Shown here piece after piece: positions 1 to 10,356 of a stretch of 64,000 nucleotides of DNA. The stretch's first letter is position 1; every line of letters starts with the position of its first letter. The position numbers and the translations under genes are program-made. Source of the DNA: Macrostomum lignano. Its lineage: Eukaryota. The DNA is taken from positions 1 through 64,000 of the forward strand of contig NIVC01002506.1 in the NCBI GenBank assembly GCA_002269645.1. The letters run 5' to 3'. The notes beneath the pieces were generated by a model, which ran no database searches, was not told the DNA's origin, and saw nothing but the letters and a program-made list of their open reading frames with translations.

Positions 1-213
1 AGGAAAATCTCTATATTAACGTCGTGCACATGCAGACAGAGTCTAGCTCGTTCACAGGCTCATGCCCAGGATTTGGGTTGTCGTACATCCAACTGTATTT
101 CAAGTGGATTCAAAGGCCCGCAATATTTGTACCCGGGAACTGTCCAGCCTTTGTTTGGATGAGGAAGCTTTTCTATCAGTCCATGTGAATCTATTACCAC
201 CAGAGCGTTGCAT
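1..213 (-). pseudogene. 5' part of parvovirus-VP1-like phospholipase A2 gene (runs off window, small indels)
   Basis: Colinear with 30921-31138, which encodes PGYKYCGP...HDVKY. ATG at 213-211, with short deletions relative to the A3 copy. Confidence 0.8.
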
Positions 214-238
214 TATTTTATTTAAATATTTTTAAAAA

Positions 239-1241
239 ATGACAGATCAGAAACTTAAAAAAATCTACTACAGCGACAAAGGATTCTTTGTAGGCAAAAA
301 ATGCCGTTAGTAAACTCATGAGCTAAGTAAGGAACCAAAAGCTACAGTAGAAAAATGGCTCTCTAAGCAGGCTGTCTTTCAAGTCTATTTCCACCAGTAA
401 AATTTGAAAGGCCCCATTTCAGTATTTATAAACCTAATGAGGCGCACCAAGCAGATCTTCTGTTTCTCCCCAATGACTCAGGCTACAAGTATGCTCTTAC
501 AATTATTGACATTGCTTCCAGATATAAGGAAGCTCGCCCACTCAAGACGAAGAAGTCAGAGGTTGTTGCCACGCACTCCAAGATATTTATAAAAACTCAC
601 CCCTAGTTACCCTGAAATCTTTATGACGACCCGGGTAAGGAATTCATGGGTGCAGTCAAATCCCTTATGGAAAAAAATACAAGATTCGCTATGGCAGAAC
701 AAACTTGCACAGAGACCAGGCTTTTGTGGAAGATTCAATCTTAACTCTAGCCAAGAGACTATTCACTAAGCAGACAGCTGAAGAACTCAAACTGAGTGGG
801 CAGTACTATACAAGTGGACAGAAAGACTCCCCGCTGTTATAGAGCAACTGAACAATGAAGTCACACGCTGACTGGATTGAAACCATCCCATGCAATTAAA
901 CAAGACACTGTCGAACTTAAGCATCTCATAGAACAGACAACAACACTACAACCCACACAAACACACAACAAAACACTCGAACACCTAAGCTTCCAGGAGT
1001 TGAATCACCATACATACTGACAAACTCTGAGTTTCTACGCTTTTTATATCTACCTGGAGAGCTAGAGAAGGACACCAAAAGAAAGCTACAGATCCATACT
1101 TCAGCCTTGATGTACATAAAAAAGACCTCCGACTCCGGTGACTATTACTTTTTATCTCAGGCCTTTAACCCTAAATCCCCCACGCGGTCATTCACTAGAG
1201 CTGAACTCCTAGTGATACCAGCTGACACAGAAATTAATTAA
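239..1241 (+). pseudogene. int: Polinton retroviral-like (rve) integrase, frameshifted
   Basis: Reading across shifts gives HQADLLFL, MTDPGKEF and QAFVE(R)FNLTL (D-D-E triad), plus the C-terminal ATDPYFS...RSFTRAELL. Confidence 0.9.
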
Positions 1242-1255
1242 AATATTAAAATAAA

Positions 1256-1599
1256 ATGACAAAGATTGAAACCAGAACCATCAATAAACTCAATAAAATC
1301 ATTGAATCAAAGAAACCAGGTCTTATATCAATTAAAGGTGCCAAAGTAAAAATCGATCCCGTGCAGCAAATAGTTCAATGTAATGAACAAAGACACAGCA
1401 TCACAGATGAAAAGTCAGGAGGAATCCTACCATTAGCAGCTCTTATCCAATCATTGCAGGCGCTGTAAGTGCCGCAGGTGGTGTAGCTGGAGGTGTAGCA
1501 ACTGCTGTTAAAGCTGGGAATGATAGAGCCCACCAGCTAGAATTGCAAAAGATTGCAAGAGACAAAGGTATAACAATTAAGGCAGGAGAGGTGCCCTGA
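1256..1599 (+). pseudogene. Adenovirus pX-like core precursor (1-nt frameshift near 1447)
   Basis: KSGGILPLAALI, continuing in the shifted frame as IIAGAVSAAGGVAGGVATAV, to TGA at 1597-1599. Confidence 0.65.
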
Positions 1600-1831
1600 T
1601 TTGATGATCATGATGATTGTAGCATGAAAATTCTGTAAGCAAGTCTGACATTGTCAAAGCCATCATGACACTGCACAATGCTGGGTTTACAATAATGCGG
1701 ATGTGATGAGTGATTTTAAAACCCCACTTTATCCAGCTTCATAAACCTAATACTACTTATAGGATGTAGAAACAGTTCAACTTTTCTATCAGGGTGGTCA
1801 CCCTCAAAATTTTTTTATATTTTGAGAAAAA

Positions 1832-4800
1832 ATGCCAAAAGCCAATCCAGCAAGAGATTTAGTCAACAAATATTTTCAAAAGGCGTCTCATTTCAAGACA
1901 AAAGTAATTTACTAAGAGAAGCATGTAAACAAAAGTTTAACACCGACCCTGGTCACCTGGGAAGCTATGAAAAACAGTTGGAAATCATCAAAATTAGAAT
2001 ATGCGCCTATAAAAAATCCTGCAAAGGAACACCAAGAGAGGAGTCGCAACTTAGTTAACAAATACGAAACTCTCACTGGTGAAAAGCAAAGTACCCACAA
2101 AAGTAAGCAGGAACAAGAGAAATTAGAGCAATTAATCCATTTAAAAGAGTCGGAGCTTGCCATTGAAGAGATTAATTTTGCACAGAGGAAGTTTACAGAA
2201 CATTACATAGAGTACACAATCCCAATTAAGGATACCACCGCAAACATCTACGACTATAAAGACAGCATCCAATCAGTTGTTGATCACACACTCAAAACAC
2301 GCAAGACTTTAAACTACAGATATCATTCAAGATTGCGTTTTATATGCCTGCAAAACCCACAGAGCATCTCGAGTATTACATGACAACAAAGGCAAAGCCA
2401 TTCACCCCTACAGACACACTGGATCCTTTCCTTCAAGATGTCAATAAGAAAATTGAAGCGTTTACATCCAGAGGTTCCGATGGGTCGTGGAGGGATTCAA
2501 AGAGCGACTGTCATGGTCATGAAATATGACCCACTTAAAGCCTCCTCTTATATAGAGCTCCGCATAAGCTAGCCGGCAAAAAAGCTTGCATAAATGTTAA
2601 AAATAAAGACAATTGCTGTGCTCTATGGGCAGTTCTTTCTGCACTTCTTCATGATAGTGTCCTCACCACCCCGAAAGAACCTCAAATTATCAAAATTATT
2701 TCAACTACTATCTCATTGAATGCGAAAAGAAGGGAATCAGGTTTGACAAAGGAGGCTTGGCGATCTCTCAGATCCCAAAGCTAGAAGAAGTGTTTAATAA
2801 CAAAATTAGAATCACAGTCTTTGAGTGGAGTGAAAAAACTGAGAAAGTTCAACCGGTCAGATGTAGCAAAGACGTTTTAGATCCTGAGGGGAAAAGGCGG
2901 ACTGAAGTGGATCTTCTAGTGATTGGTAATTTACTAGAGGAGGCTCACTATGTTTGGATTAAAGATCTTTCAAGACTCATTCACAAGCAGTTGAATAATC
3001 ATCACGAGGCTGTTGCCATCTGCCGCTTGTGCCTTAAGCATTACAGTGGACCTGAGCGCTTTGAAAAACTAGCAGAGCATGAATTATCATGCGAGGATCA
3101 CCCGACAACTGCTCTCTTCCTTCAGCTGAAGAGAAGTATCTCCGGTTTAAGAACTATCACAAGATGGAGAAGCTCCCATTTGTTGTATATGCTGATTTCG
3201 AATGCTCAATCATGCCAGAAACTCAAAAACAAACTCCAACTCAAAAACATGTCCCCAATTCAGTAGCATATGCCTTTATTAATACAAAAGGACTTGTTGA
3301 GTATAATTATTTCTTTGGAGAGCAGTGTGTGGAGCAGTTTATTGCCAGAATGTTAGAGTTGCAAAAAGTGATTAGCACCCTTCAACCTGTTCCAATAATG
3401 ATGTCTGAGGAGGATGAAAGCAATTTCCTATCAGCAACTCATTGCCACATCTGCAGGAAACATTTAACTTGCACTAATATTAAAAACCCCACCGTTAGGG
3501 ACCACTGCCACTTTACTGGGAAATTTAGAGGTGCAGCGCATAACACCTGTAATCTAAAGCTAAAATCGAACATTCATGATCTAACGATATTTTGTCACAA
3601 CGCAAAGAACTATGACATGCATTTAATAGTTGAAAAAATCGGCATGATTCCAGACATACACCTTGATTGCATCGCAGAGAACAAGGAGAAGTTTAAGTGT
3701 GTTGATATTAAACAGGATAATTCGGTAAGGTAAAATAAGACTGAAGGATTCATATCAATTTCTAGCTGCCAGTCTAGACGAACTAAGCAAGAATCTAAAA
3801 GATGAACAATGTACATATACAAAGATGTTTGCAAGTAAAATTAACAACACTGATGAATCATTTAAACTTTTAAGAAAGAAAGGCTTCTACCCCTATGAAA
3901 ATATTACTGGGTATCACGTATTTGAAGAAGGTTTACCACCACAGGAGAAGTTCTTTTCAAAGCTAACAGACTCTGGAATCTCTGACAAAGACTATGAGCA
4001 CGCGAAGCATGTCTATAATTACTTTAATTGTCAAAACTTCTTCCAGTATCACCTGCTTTACCTCTACACAGATGTGTTTCTGCTGGCCGATGTGTTTGAA
4101 ACCTTCAGATACACCTGGTACACAGCATATGGCCTCGATCCAGCACATTATGTGTCTCTGCCTGCCACTAGCTGGGAATCTTTGCTTAAAATGAAATGGG
4201 ATCAAGATCCAGATTGGTACATTGAACTTCTTACAGACATTGACATGTACAATTTTGTCGAATCGTCAAAGCGAGGGGGAATCTCAATTTGTGTTAACAG
4301 GTATGCAAAAGCAAACAATCCCTACATTGAATCTTACAATAAGGAGCAGCCCTCAAACTACATTACTTACTTGGACGCTAATAATCTCTACGGGTGGGCG
4401 ATGAGTCAAGATCTTCCAGTTAGAGATTTTCGATGGCTACCCTCATCAGAATTCAAATGGGACTTTTCATTGGCTGCCATTTATGAGGTTGATGTTTACA
4501 TTCCACCAGAGCTTCACGACTATTTCTCTGACTTTCCACCCTTCCCAGAGAACATCAAGTGCCCGAAAATAATCGAAACTCCCAATGATAATAATGGAAC
4601 TTGGCACCTGTCAGGAACAGAAAAAGAACATACAGAGAAACTAACACAGAATCTAAACAACAAGACACGTTACAAAATCCATTACAAACTGCTTCAGTAT
4701 TTTATCTCACTTGGTTGCAGGGTCACCAAAGTTCACAGGGCTCTTACATTTACAGAGGAAGCGTGGATGAAACCCTACATTGATAAGAACACCCAGTTTA

Positions 4801-5648
4801 GGACCAAAGCAACCAACGACTTTGACAAGAACCTCTTTAAGTTGGCCAACAACTCTGTCTATGGCAAGACTCTTGAGAATGAGCGGAAAAGAACAAACCT
4901 GAAACTTGTTACCTCATCAGAGCCTGCTGTTATTCAGGCAAATATGTCAAAGCCAACATTCAAAGAACTCCATATCTTTAATAGCTACTTAGGTGTGATC
5001 ATATTTTACAAAACCAAGGTGACGCTGCGCAAGCCGATCTATACAGGTGTCACTGTTCTCGACGAATCAAAACGTCTGATGTACCAGTTCTTCTATGGCA
5101 TGAAGCAGCAGTACAAGGATAAAATGAAACTCTTGTACACTGACACAGACAGTTTTATTATGGACATTCAAACAGAAGACATTTATCAGGACATGCTGCA
5201 GCAAAAAGATTTGTTTGACTTGTCTGAGTATGATGAATCTTGCAGGACACAGAATGGCGATCAAGTGTTTGACGCCACTAACAAGAAAGTGATTGGGAAA
5301 ATGAAGGACGAGATTGCTGGTGACATAATCACTGAATTCATTGGGTTGAGAGCAAAGTCCTATTTTGTAAAATGTGAGTCGTCAGACCCAATTAAAAAAT
5401 CAAAGGGAATTCCGAAACGCGTCGTTAGGAAGGAAATTAATGAAGCTAAATACAGAGACGCCTTGAATTGCAACAAAAAGACATCACATGAGTTCTCAAA
5501 GCTACAATCTAAAAACCATATTATTCACACAATTCAGCAAAAGAAGATTGGACTGTCAGGTGCAGATAACAAGAGATTCATTTTTGATGACAATATTAAC
5601 AGTCTACAGTTCGGGCACTGGATATTAGGTTTAGGAGGTGGAGGTTAG
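1832..5648 (+). pseudogene. polB: Protein-primed family B DNA polymerase with OTU-like and endonuclease VII-like domains. N-terminal half frameshifted, C-terminal 607 aa open
   Basis: Exo I VYADFEC, Exo II HNAKNYD, Pol motifs YLDANNLYGWAM, KLANNSVYGK and YTDTDS. EndoVII-like CHIC...RDHCHFTGKFRGAAHNTCN. OTU-like KDNCCALW...HYVWI. Confidence 0.95.
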
Positions 5649-5693
5649 GTTTAAGAGAAAGTTTAATAAACCTCATAATAGACCTCATAAAAA

Positions 5694-6092
5694 ATACGAC
5701 AAATAACTTTCTTGAAGATTTGGCTAACGAACTGGAATTCCCAAACTTTAGAGGAATATTTATGAGGGACACTCTGCCTGATTTTCCTCTAAGAAAGGAA
5801 TGCGGCATTATGAACTTTGACACCGCCGATAAGCCAGGATTTCATTGGGTTTGCTGGGTGATTGATCCCGATCGCAAGCACAAGTGTTATTACTTCGATA
5901 GCTATGGGACGGCAGTACCAGAAGAGCTAAGAAATTATATGAAGGGAAAAAAATAAGAAAATTTATCGCTCAGACTTTATTCTCCAAGGTCTTAACAGTG
6001 ATATTTGCGGTGAGCTGTGCATGACTGTTTTGTTTGCAATGACCAAAACACGAAAGACCTACAAGGAAATTATTCTTGGCTGTGTTTCATAA
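5694..6092 (+). pseudogene. Adenain-like cysteine protease (start codon altered, frameshift near 5950)
   Basis: Catalytic-type motifs GFHWVCW, YFDSYG and LQGLNSDICG. Confidence 0.9.
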
Positions 6093-6096
6093 AGGT

Positions 6097-6822
6097 TCAT
6101 TGTGCATTTCTCGTCGTCCTTCTTGCCGACTTTCTTTCCGCATAATGTTGAAAAACTTTCTCGAGTTCATTTTTCAGCTGACTCATGTCATCAGTACCGA
6201 CCATGTTCAAGTTCATTCGAACTGATTGTTCATAAAGATCCTGAATGGTTTTGAACTCATCCTCTGAAATGAACTTATCCTCGATTGCCCTTGAAATGTA
6301 CCCTATGATTGATGTGTGCACCCCTTTCTCTTTTACTTGCTTCTCCTGTAGCTGCTTTAGTTTTTTTCGCCTGTTTCGCGCTAATGCTCCAGTAATTGCT
6401 GAAATAAGTCCACATGCAGCACCCACAGAGCCGAGAGGGATTGCGATTGGGGCTGTGATGACTGGCAACGTTGAGACAGCTGCAGCAGATCCAGATAGAA
6501 CAGACACAGATCCTAGAATCATACTGCTGTAGTCGAAAAATTTACAGTGGCTGTCATAGCGCTTAATTTTCTTTGTGTTGTGAAAAATATTTTTTTCAAG
6601 ATCATCTCGCATTTTTTGAATCTCCACTAGTCGAAACTGCTGAGAGTTACAAGTAATGACGGGGTAAAGTCGGTCTGAATATTGAGGTGCATTCAGATTC
6701 GGTGCATTCAGGCTTGGTGCCAGGTTTTGTGTGTTCGAATTCGGTGCCATTGAGTTTGGTGCTGTCGGAATTTTAGGTTCAGCGTATTGAGACTGATCGT
6801 ATAGAGAATTTTGTTGGGCCAT
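6097..6822 (-). CDS. Polinton membrane-hairpin protein (241 aa) with PTAP and LYPVI motifs
   Basis: Intact ORF with a ~47-aa hydrophobic hairpin MILGSVSV...AITGAL flanked by charged helices. Homologues at 14681 and 33911. Confidence 0.85.
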   Translation of the reverse strand: MAQQNSLYDQSQYAEPKIPTAPNSMAPNSNTQNLAPSLNAPNLNAPQYSDRLYPVITCNSQQFRLVEIQKMRDDLEKNIFHNTKKIKRYDSHCKFFDYSSMILGSVSVLSGSAAAVSTLPVITAPIAIPLGSVGAACGLISAITGALARNRRKKLKQLQEKQVKEKGVHTSIIGYISRAIEDKFISEDEFKTIQDLYEQSVRMNLNMVGTDDMSQLKNELEKVFQHYAERKSARRTTRNAQ

Positions 6823-6912
6823 TTATTCCCTAGAAAAAATAAAAAAATTATAAAACTATCCGGTTGAAAGATCTGTTTTCTTTTTGATAATTCCATCTGC
6901 ACCGCCGGTTGT

Positions 6913-7728
6913 CTAGGCGGCTCTCGTGACGCCGGAGGATCGCGAGTCCAGCAGGCAGCGGCTGGGCGGCTGACGTTTGAGAGCGTGCCGGATTACTCCG
7001 GCGGGGTCCAGAGCTCCTTGTACTCGATCTGCAGTAATGACCGGACGAGCAGTAGATTCTGCTTCATCAATAGCAATACGAGTATCACGAAGATTGAGTG
7101 TTCTCTCCAGACGATTAAGCCTCCTTATTATTTTACCCCAAGAGCTATACATTCCGTTTAGATAGCTACTGTGTGATACATCGTTTCTCTCTAATGCATC
7201 AAGTCTTTCTTTAATTCTATCATGCAACGATATTGACTGGTTCATGAACTCTTGTAAATTCCTCACTTTAACTGTGTTGGTTGCGACGTTTTCTTTAATT
7301 CTTTCATGCAATGCTGTTGATTGGTTCATGAACTCTTCTAAATTATTTACTTTAGCTGTGTTTGTGAAAACTCCTCCTTCAAGAATACGCATCCGTCTAT
7401 CAGTGGAATTTCCCAGAAGATTAACTGATGATCTCAAGCCGTTGATTAGCGAGACTATCGAAGTTATTTCTGACCTTAGTTCATTAGTTGCGTTTAACAA
7501 CGGCGCATAAAGCTTATCACTTTCAAACTTCTGCCTAGCTACTTTAAGCCTGAGATCTTCCATGTTGATTTGCAACTGGTGCATGGAGCGCTCTAGGGCT
7601 TTCAGTCTGTTTTTATTCAGTTTGATCTCTGGGATCTCTTCATCAGTGTTAATGTAGCGCTTGTCAAGGAAGGAAGTTGTGAGAGTGCTGTTGCCTGTAG
7701 TTGACTCACCTGCAAAATTAATAGACAT
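6913..7728 (-). CDS. Coiled-coil protein, putative fibre/spike (271 aa)
   Basis: Intact ORF with heptad pattern and two 28-aa repeats. Homologues at 13922 and 33035. The fibre role is inferred only. Confidence 0.7.
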   Translation of the reverse strand: MSINFAGESTTGNSTLTTSFLDKRYINTDEEIPEIKLNKNRLKALERSMHQLQINMEDLRLKVARQKFESDKLYAPLLNATNELRSEITSIVSLINGLRSSVNLLGNSTDRRMRILEGGVFTNTAKVNNLEEFMNQSTALHERIKENVATNTVKVRNLQEFMNQSISLHDRIKERLDALERNDVSHSSYLNGMYSSWGKIIRRLNRLERTLNLRDTRIAIDEAESTARPVITADRVQGALDPAGVIRHALKRQPPSRCLLDSRSSGVTRAA

Positions 7729-7744
7729 TTTTTTAAATGAAAAA

Positions 7745-8544
7745 TTAAATTAAAATTCTTTTCTCCTTATTAATCATGACAAACTGATAAGGTTGGTTCC
7801 ACTTTTCATAGCATATGTTAACAAATTCCTCCTGTGATATTGTTCTGTTAGAGTTCTTAGCTGGATATGTAATGTGAGCTGGGGCAATGACCTCATTATA
7901 AAATCGTTTCAGTCGATCTTGTGGTATGGTTGGGAAAAGGAGAATCAAATTACAGTTACCTCTAATTGTTTTATTTGGCAGTTCAAACCAGTTTTGGGCA
8001 ATGTAAATAACATTGCAATTATTATGTCTACCCCGGGTGAAATAATTTTCTATCTGTTTCTGGGGACCTGTCATGCAGTCATCGAAGACAATCAGGTGCT
8101 TTCTCCCCTTTTCTAGTTCATCAGGTTGAGGTAAGAGTTTAGTTTTAGGATCTATCTGTGGATCTCCATAAGTGAAAACTTTAATGTTTTGCCATTTTTC
8201 ATTGTCTGGGATGTGCTTTGCGTATTCAGTGGCTAAACTTCCGGGTTGCTGTTGAGGTCTTTTTGATGTCTAAAACATTGAATAATATCTTCCTTGTTGA
8301 GTTTGTTCTGTAGGCCCGCTACTAGCATTTTATACTCATCTTGATACAGAGTGGGTGAATAGATATGTAGTGTGTCATAATCGAGGAATCCAGGTCTGAG
8401 GAGCATGTTAAAAACTCTGAAGGTTTTCCCTGACCCAGATGAGCCAACAACAATGCATCGGAAGTGCCCTGGAATTATCTCGTTGTGAGCAAATTTTATC
8501 TGATTGCGTGTCCAGTGGGGATGAAAGTCGTTTGCGAAGTCCAT
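7745..8544 (-). pseudogene. A32/FtsK-like genome packaging ATPase (1-nt frameshift near 8237)
   Basis: Walker A GSSGSGKT, Walker B LIVFDD, motif TRGRHNNCNVIYIAQ. Confidence 0.92.
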
Positions 8545-8594
8545 TTTTTATGTAAAAAAAACTTTTTCTTTTTAAACTTGTGTATTTAAGACGC

Positions 8595-8705
8595 GTGTGT
8601 CTTTTTTCGGGATGTGTATGTGTGTGTCTCTTTGTGGGATGTGTGTGTCTTTTTTCGGGTTGTGTGTGTCTTTTTTCTACTAGTCCTACATCCGACTAGT
8701 CCTGC
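8595..8705 (-). repeat. Tandem CCC(G)AAAA..GACACAC motifs plus GGACTAGT upstream of ATPase
   Basis: Three or four imperfect units are visible. Related motifs lie upstream of the A3 ATPase at 32126-32180. Confidence 0.6.
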
Positions 8706-8741
8706 ACCCTCACACCTCTTTAACCGTCAGGGTGCACCAAA

Positions 8742-9122
8742 TTAGTCAAATTTAAAACCGCCTCCTTTCTTATATTCAGCTCTCATCTTTGCGTAGATGG
8801 CTGGATCGACACTATCTGCACTCGGTGCAAGGGGTTGAATATCTGGTATTGATTTCCGGGTTTCATTAACCGTATCCTTTATCTTTTTGGCTGCTGTGGC
8901 TACACTGCCAGCCGCTTCGGCAACGTTCTTGATGTTCTCTTTGTTCTCTCCAATGACCTTAAAAATCTTGGCCCCCTGAGCGATCAAATCGGCAAGGCCA
9001 TTCCCAGAGCGTTCTTTTCTTATATAGTGGCCTGCAGGGAAAAGTCCAGATCCGCGTTTAATGAGATTAAGTTCCTCTTTGTCATAGTATTTGTCAATGT
9101 CTTTTTCGAAAATAATTGGCAT
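8742..9122 (-). CDS. Small core-like protein with G-x-G motifs (pVI-like by inference)
   Basis: Probable start AAAAAGATG (MPIIF) at 9122. Motifs RGSGL, SGNGLADLI and C-terminal KKGGGFKFD. Homologous to 60728-61125. Confidence 0.7.
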   Translation of the reverse strand: MPIIFEKDIDKYYDKEELNLIKRGSGLFPAGHYIRKERSGNGLADLIAQGAKIFKVIGENKENIKNVAEAAGSVATAAKKIKDTVNETRKSIPDIQPLAPSADSVDPAIYAKMRAEYKKGGGFKFD

Positions 9123-9138
9123 CTTTTTAAATAGAAAT

Positions 9139-9852
9139 TTATTTTTTGTTGAACCGCGAAAGCAGAAGCTCTCTCGCCCTCTTATCGATGTATTTTCTCT
9201 CAAGCATTTTGTCTAGGATGTGAACAAACTCTTTTCTATTCTCATCTTTCATTCCGGTCTTTGCCGCTCCTAGAAGAACAGCTAACCGCTTGTAGAATTC
9301 AGGCATGCCTTTTCCGGAAGAGCTTGGAGGTGATCCGAATGATTGGTCAGAGGAGGAACTGTCATGTGGCGCTTGTCTTTGTTGAGGTGTGAATACTCTG
9401 TCATTGATTCGCTTCATTCGTTCTGGGGAGAGCCGCTCTAATTGTCGCCAAGTATCAGGGTTCGTATCTTTGTACTGGGAAATCTCATTTGGCCCTGCTT
9501 TTTCAAGCGCTTCTAGTACTTGTTCGGGTGTGATTTGTTGCTGTGGCGGTGGAGGTTGTTGTGGTTGTGTTTGTGTTTGTGGTTGCTGCTGTTGTGGTTG
9601 CTGTGGTTGTTGTGGTTGCTGCTGCTGTGGTTGTGGTTGTTGTCTTATGACCTCTTCTTGATCCGGCAAACCAAACCATTGTTGAAAGTATTTGTATTTT
9701 TTAAACCTGTTCAAGACAATCCCGTTTTCATGTAAAATTTTCAAAACACCGTCGTTCTTGAGCATATCTATATCCCTCTCTAAAGCGAAGGTAACAAGAT
9801 CTTTGTAATTTTCGAACTGCTTTTTAGACGTTTTCTCTAGATTTTTAGTCAT
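9139..9852 (-). CDS. Gln/Pro-rich Polinton protein. A disrupted 5' extension probably reaches 10326
   Basis: 237-aa ORF with a Q/P tract and C-terminal SGKG...RLAVLLG...ILDKM. The upstream same-strand reading (ATEFHKP, ORF 9901-10119) is broken by stops. Confidence 0.7.
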   Translation of the reverse strand: MTKNLEKTSKKQFENYKDLVTFALERDIDMLKNDGVLKILHENGIVLNRFKKYKYFQQWFGLPDQEEVIRQQPQPQQQQPQQPQQPQQQQPQTQTQPQQPPPPQQQITPEQVLEALEKAGPNEISQYKDTNPDTWRQLERLSPERMKRINDRVFTPQQRQAPHDSSSSDQSFGSPPSSSGKGMPEFYKRLAVLLGAAKTGMKDENRKEFVHILDKMLERKYIDKRARELLLSRFNKK

Positions 9853-10356
9853 GTAGTCGAGTAAACTTTGAGTGAAGGGGATTCGTTTAGTTTCTGCGCC
9901 TTAATTGATTAAAATATTTTCCTTTGTCACTTCAATGTTGTAATCCGCCGGTTCCCCGGTAATATTTTTTCGCCAGGCGCTAATTCCAAAAATATATTTT
10001 CCATCATCCAATACGGGGCCAAAAAAGTTATCCGTCACTTTCATCTGCACTGGTTGTCCTGGTTCCTGAGCCTGTGGTTGTCCCGGTGAAGATGGGATTT
10101 TACCCAATGTGTTTTGCAAGTGGCTCTCTTGAATATCATCAACTGCTTACTTCACAGTGTCGAGGTTTTTCTTCGCTTATGTGTATCCGGGTTTGTGAAA
10201 TTCGGTGGCTGCTTGGACAAAATCATTGTAGGATTGTTGCTCCTTATTTATTAGCCCGGTAACTCGTTTCTCTGCTTGTGCTAGCTTCTCCAATTCAGAT
10301 ATCTGCTGTGTACTTTTTCGCTTCATTTCTTATTTTATTTTATTTTTAGTTAAAAA

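Noticed and set aside
9389-9661. Cys/Gly-rich metallothionein- or keratin-like ORF
   Set aside because: Antisense reading of the CAA/CAG/CCA tract of the Q-rich gene.
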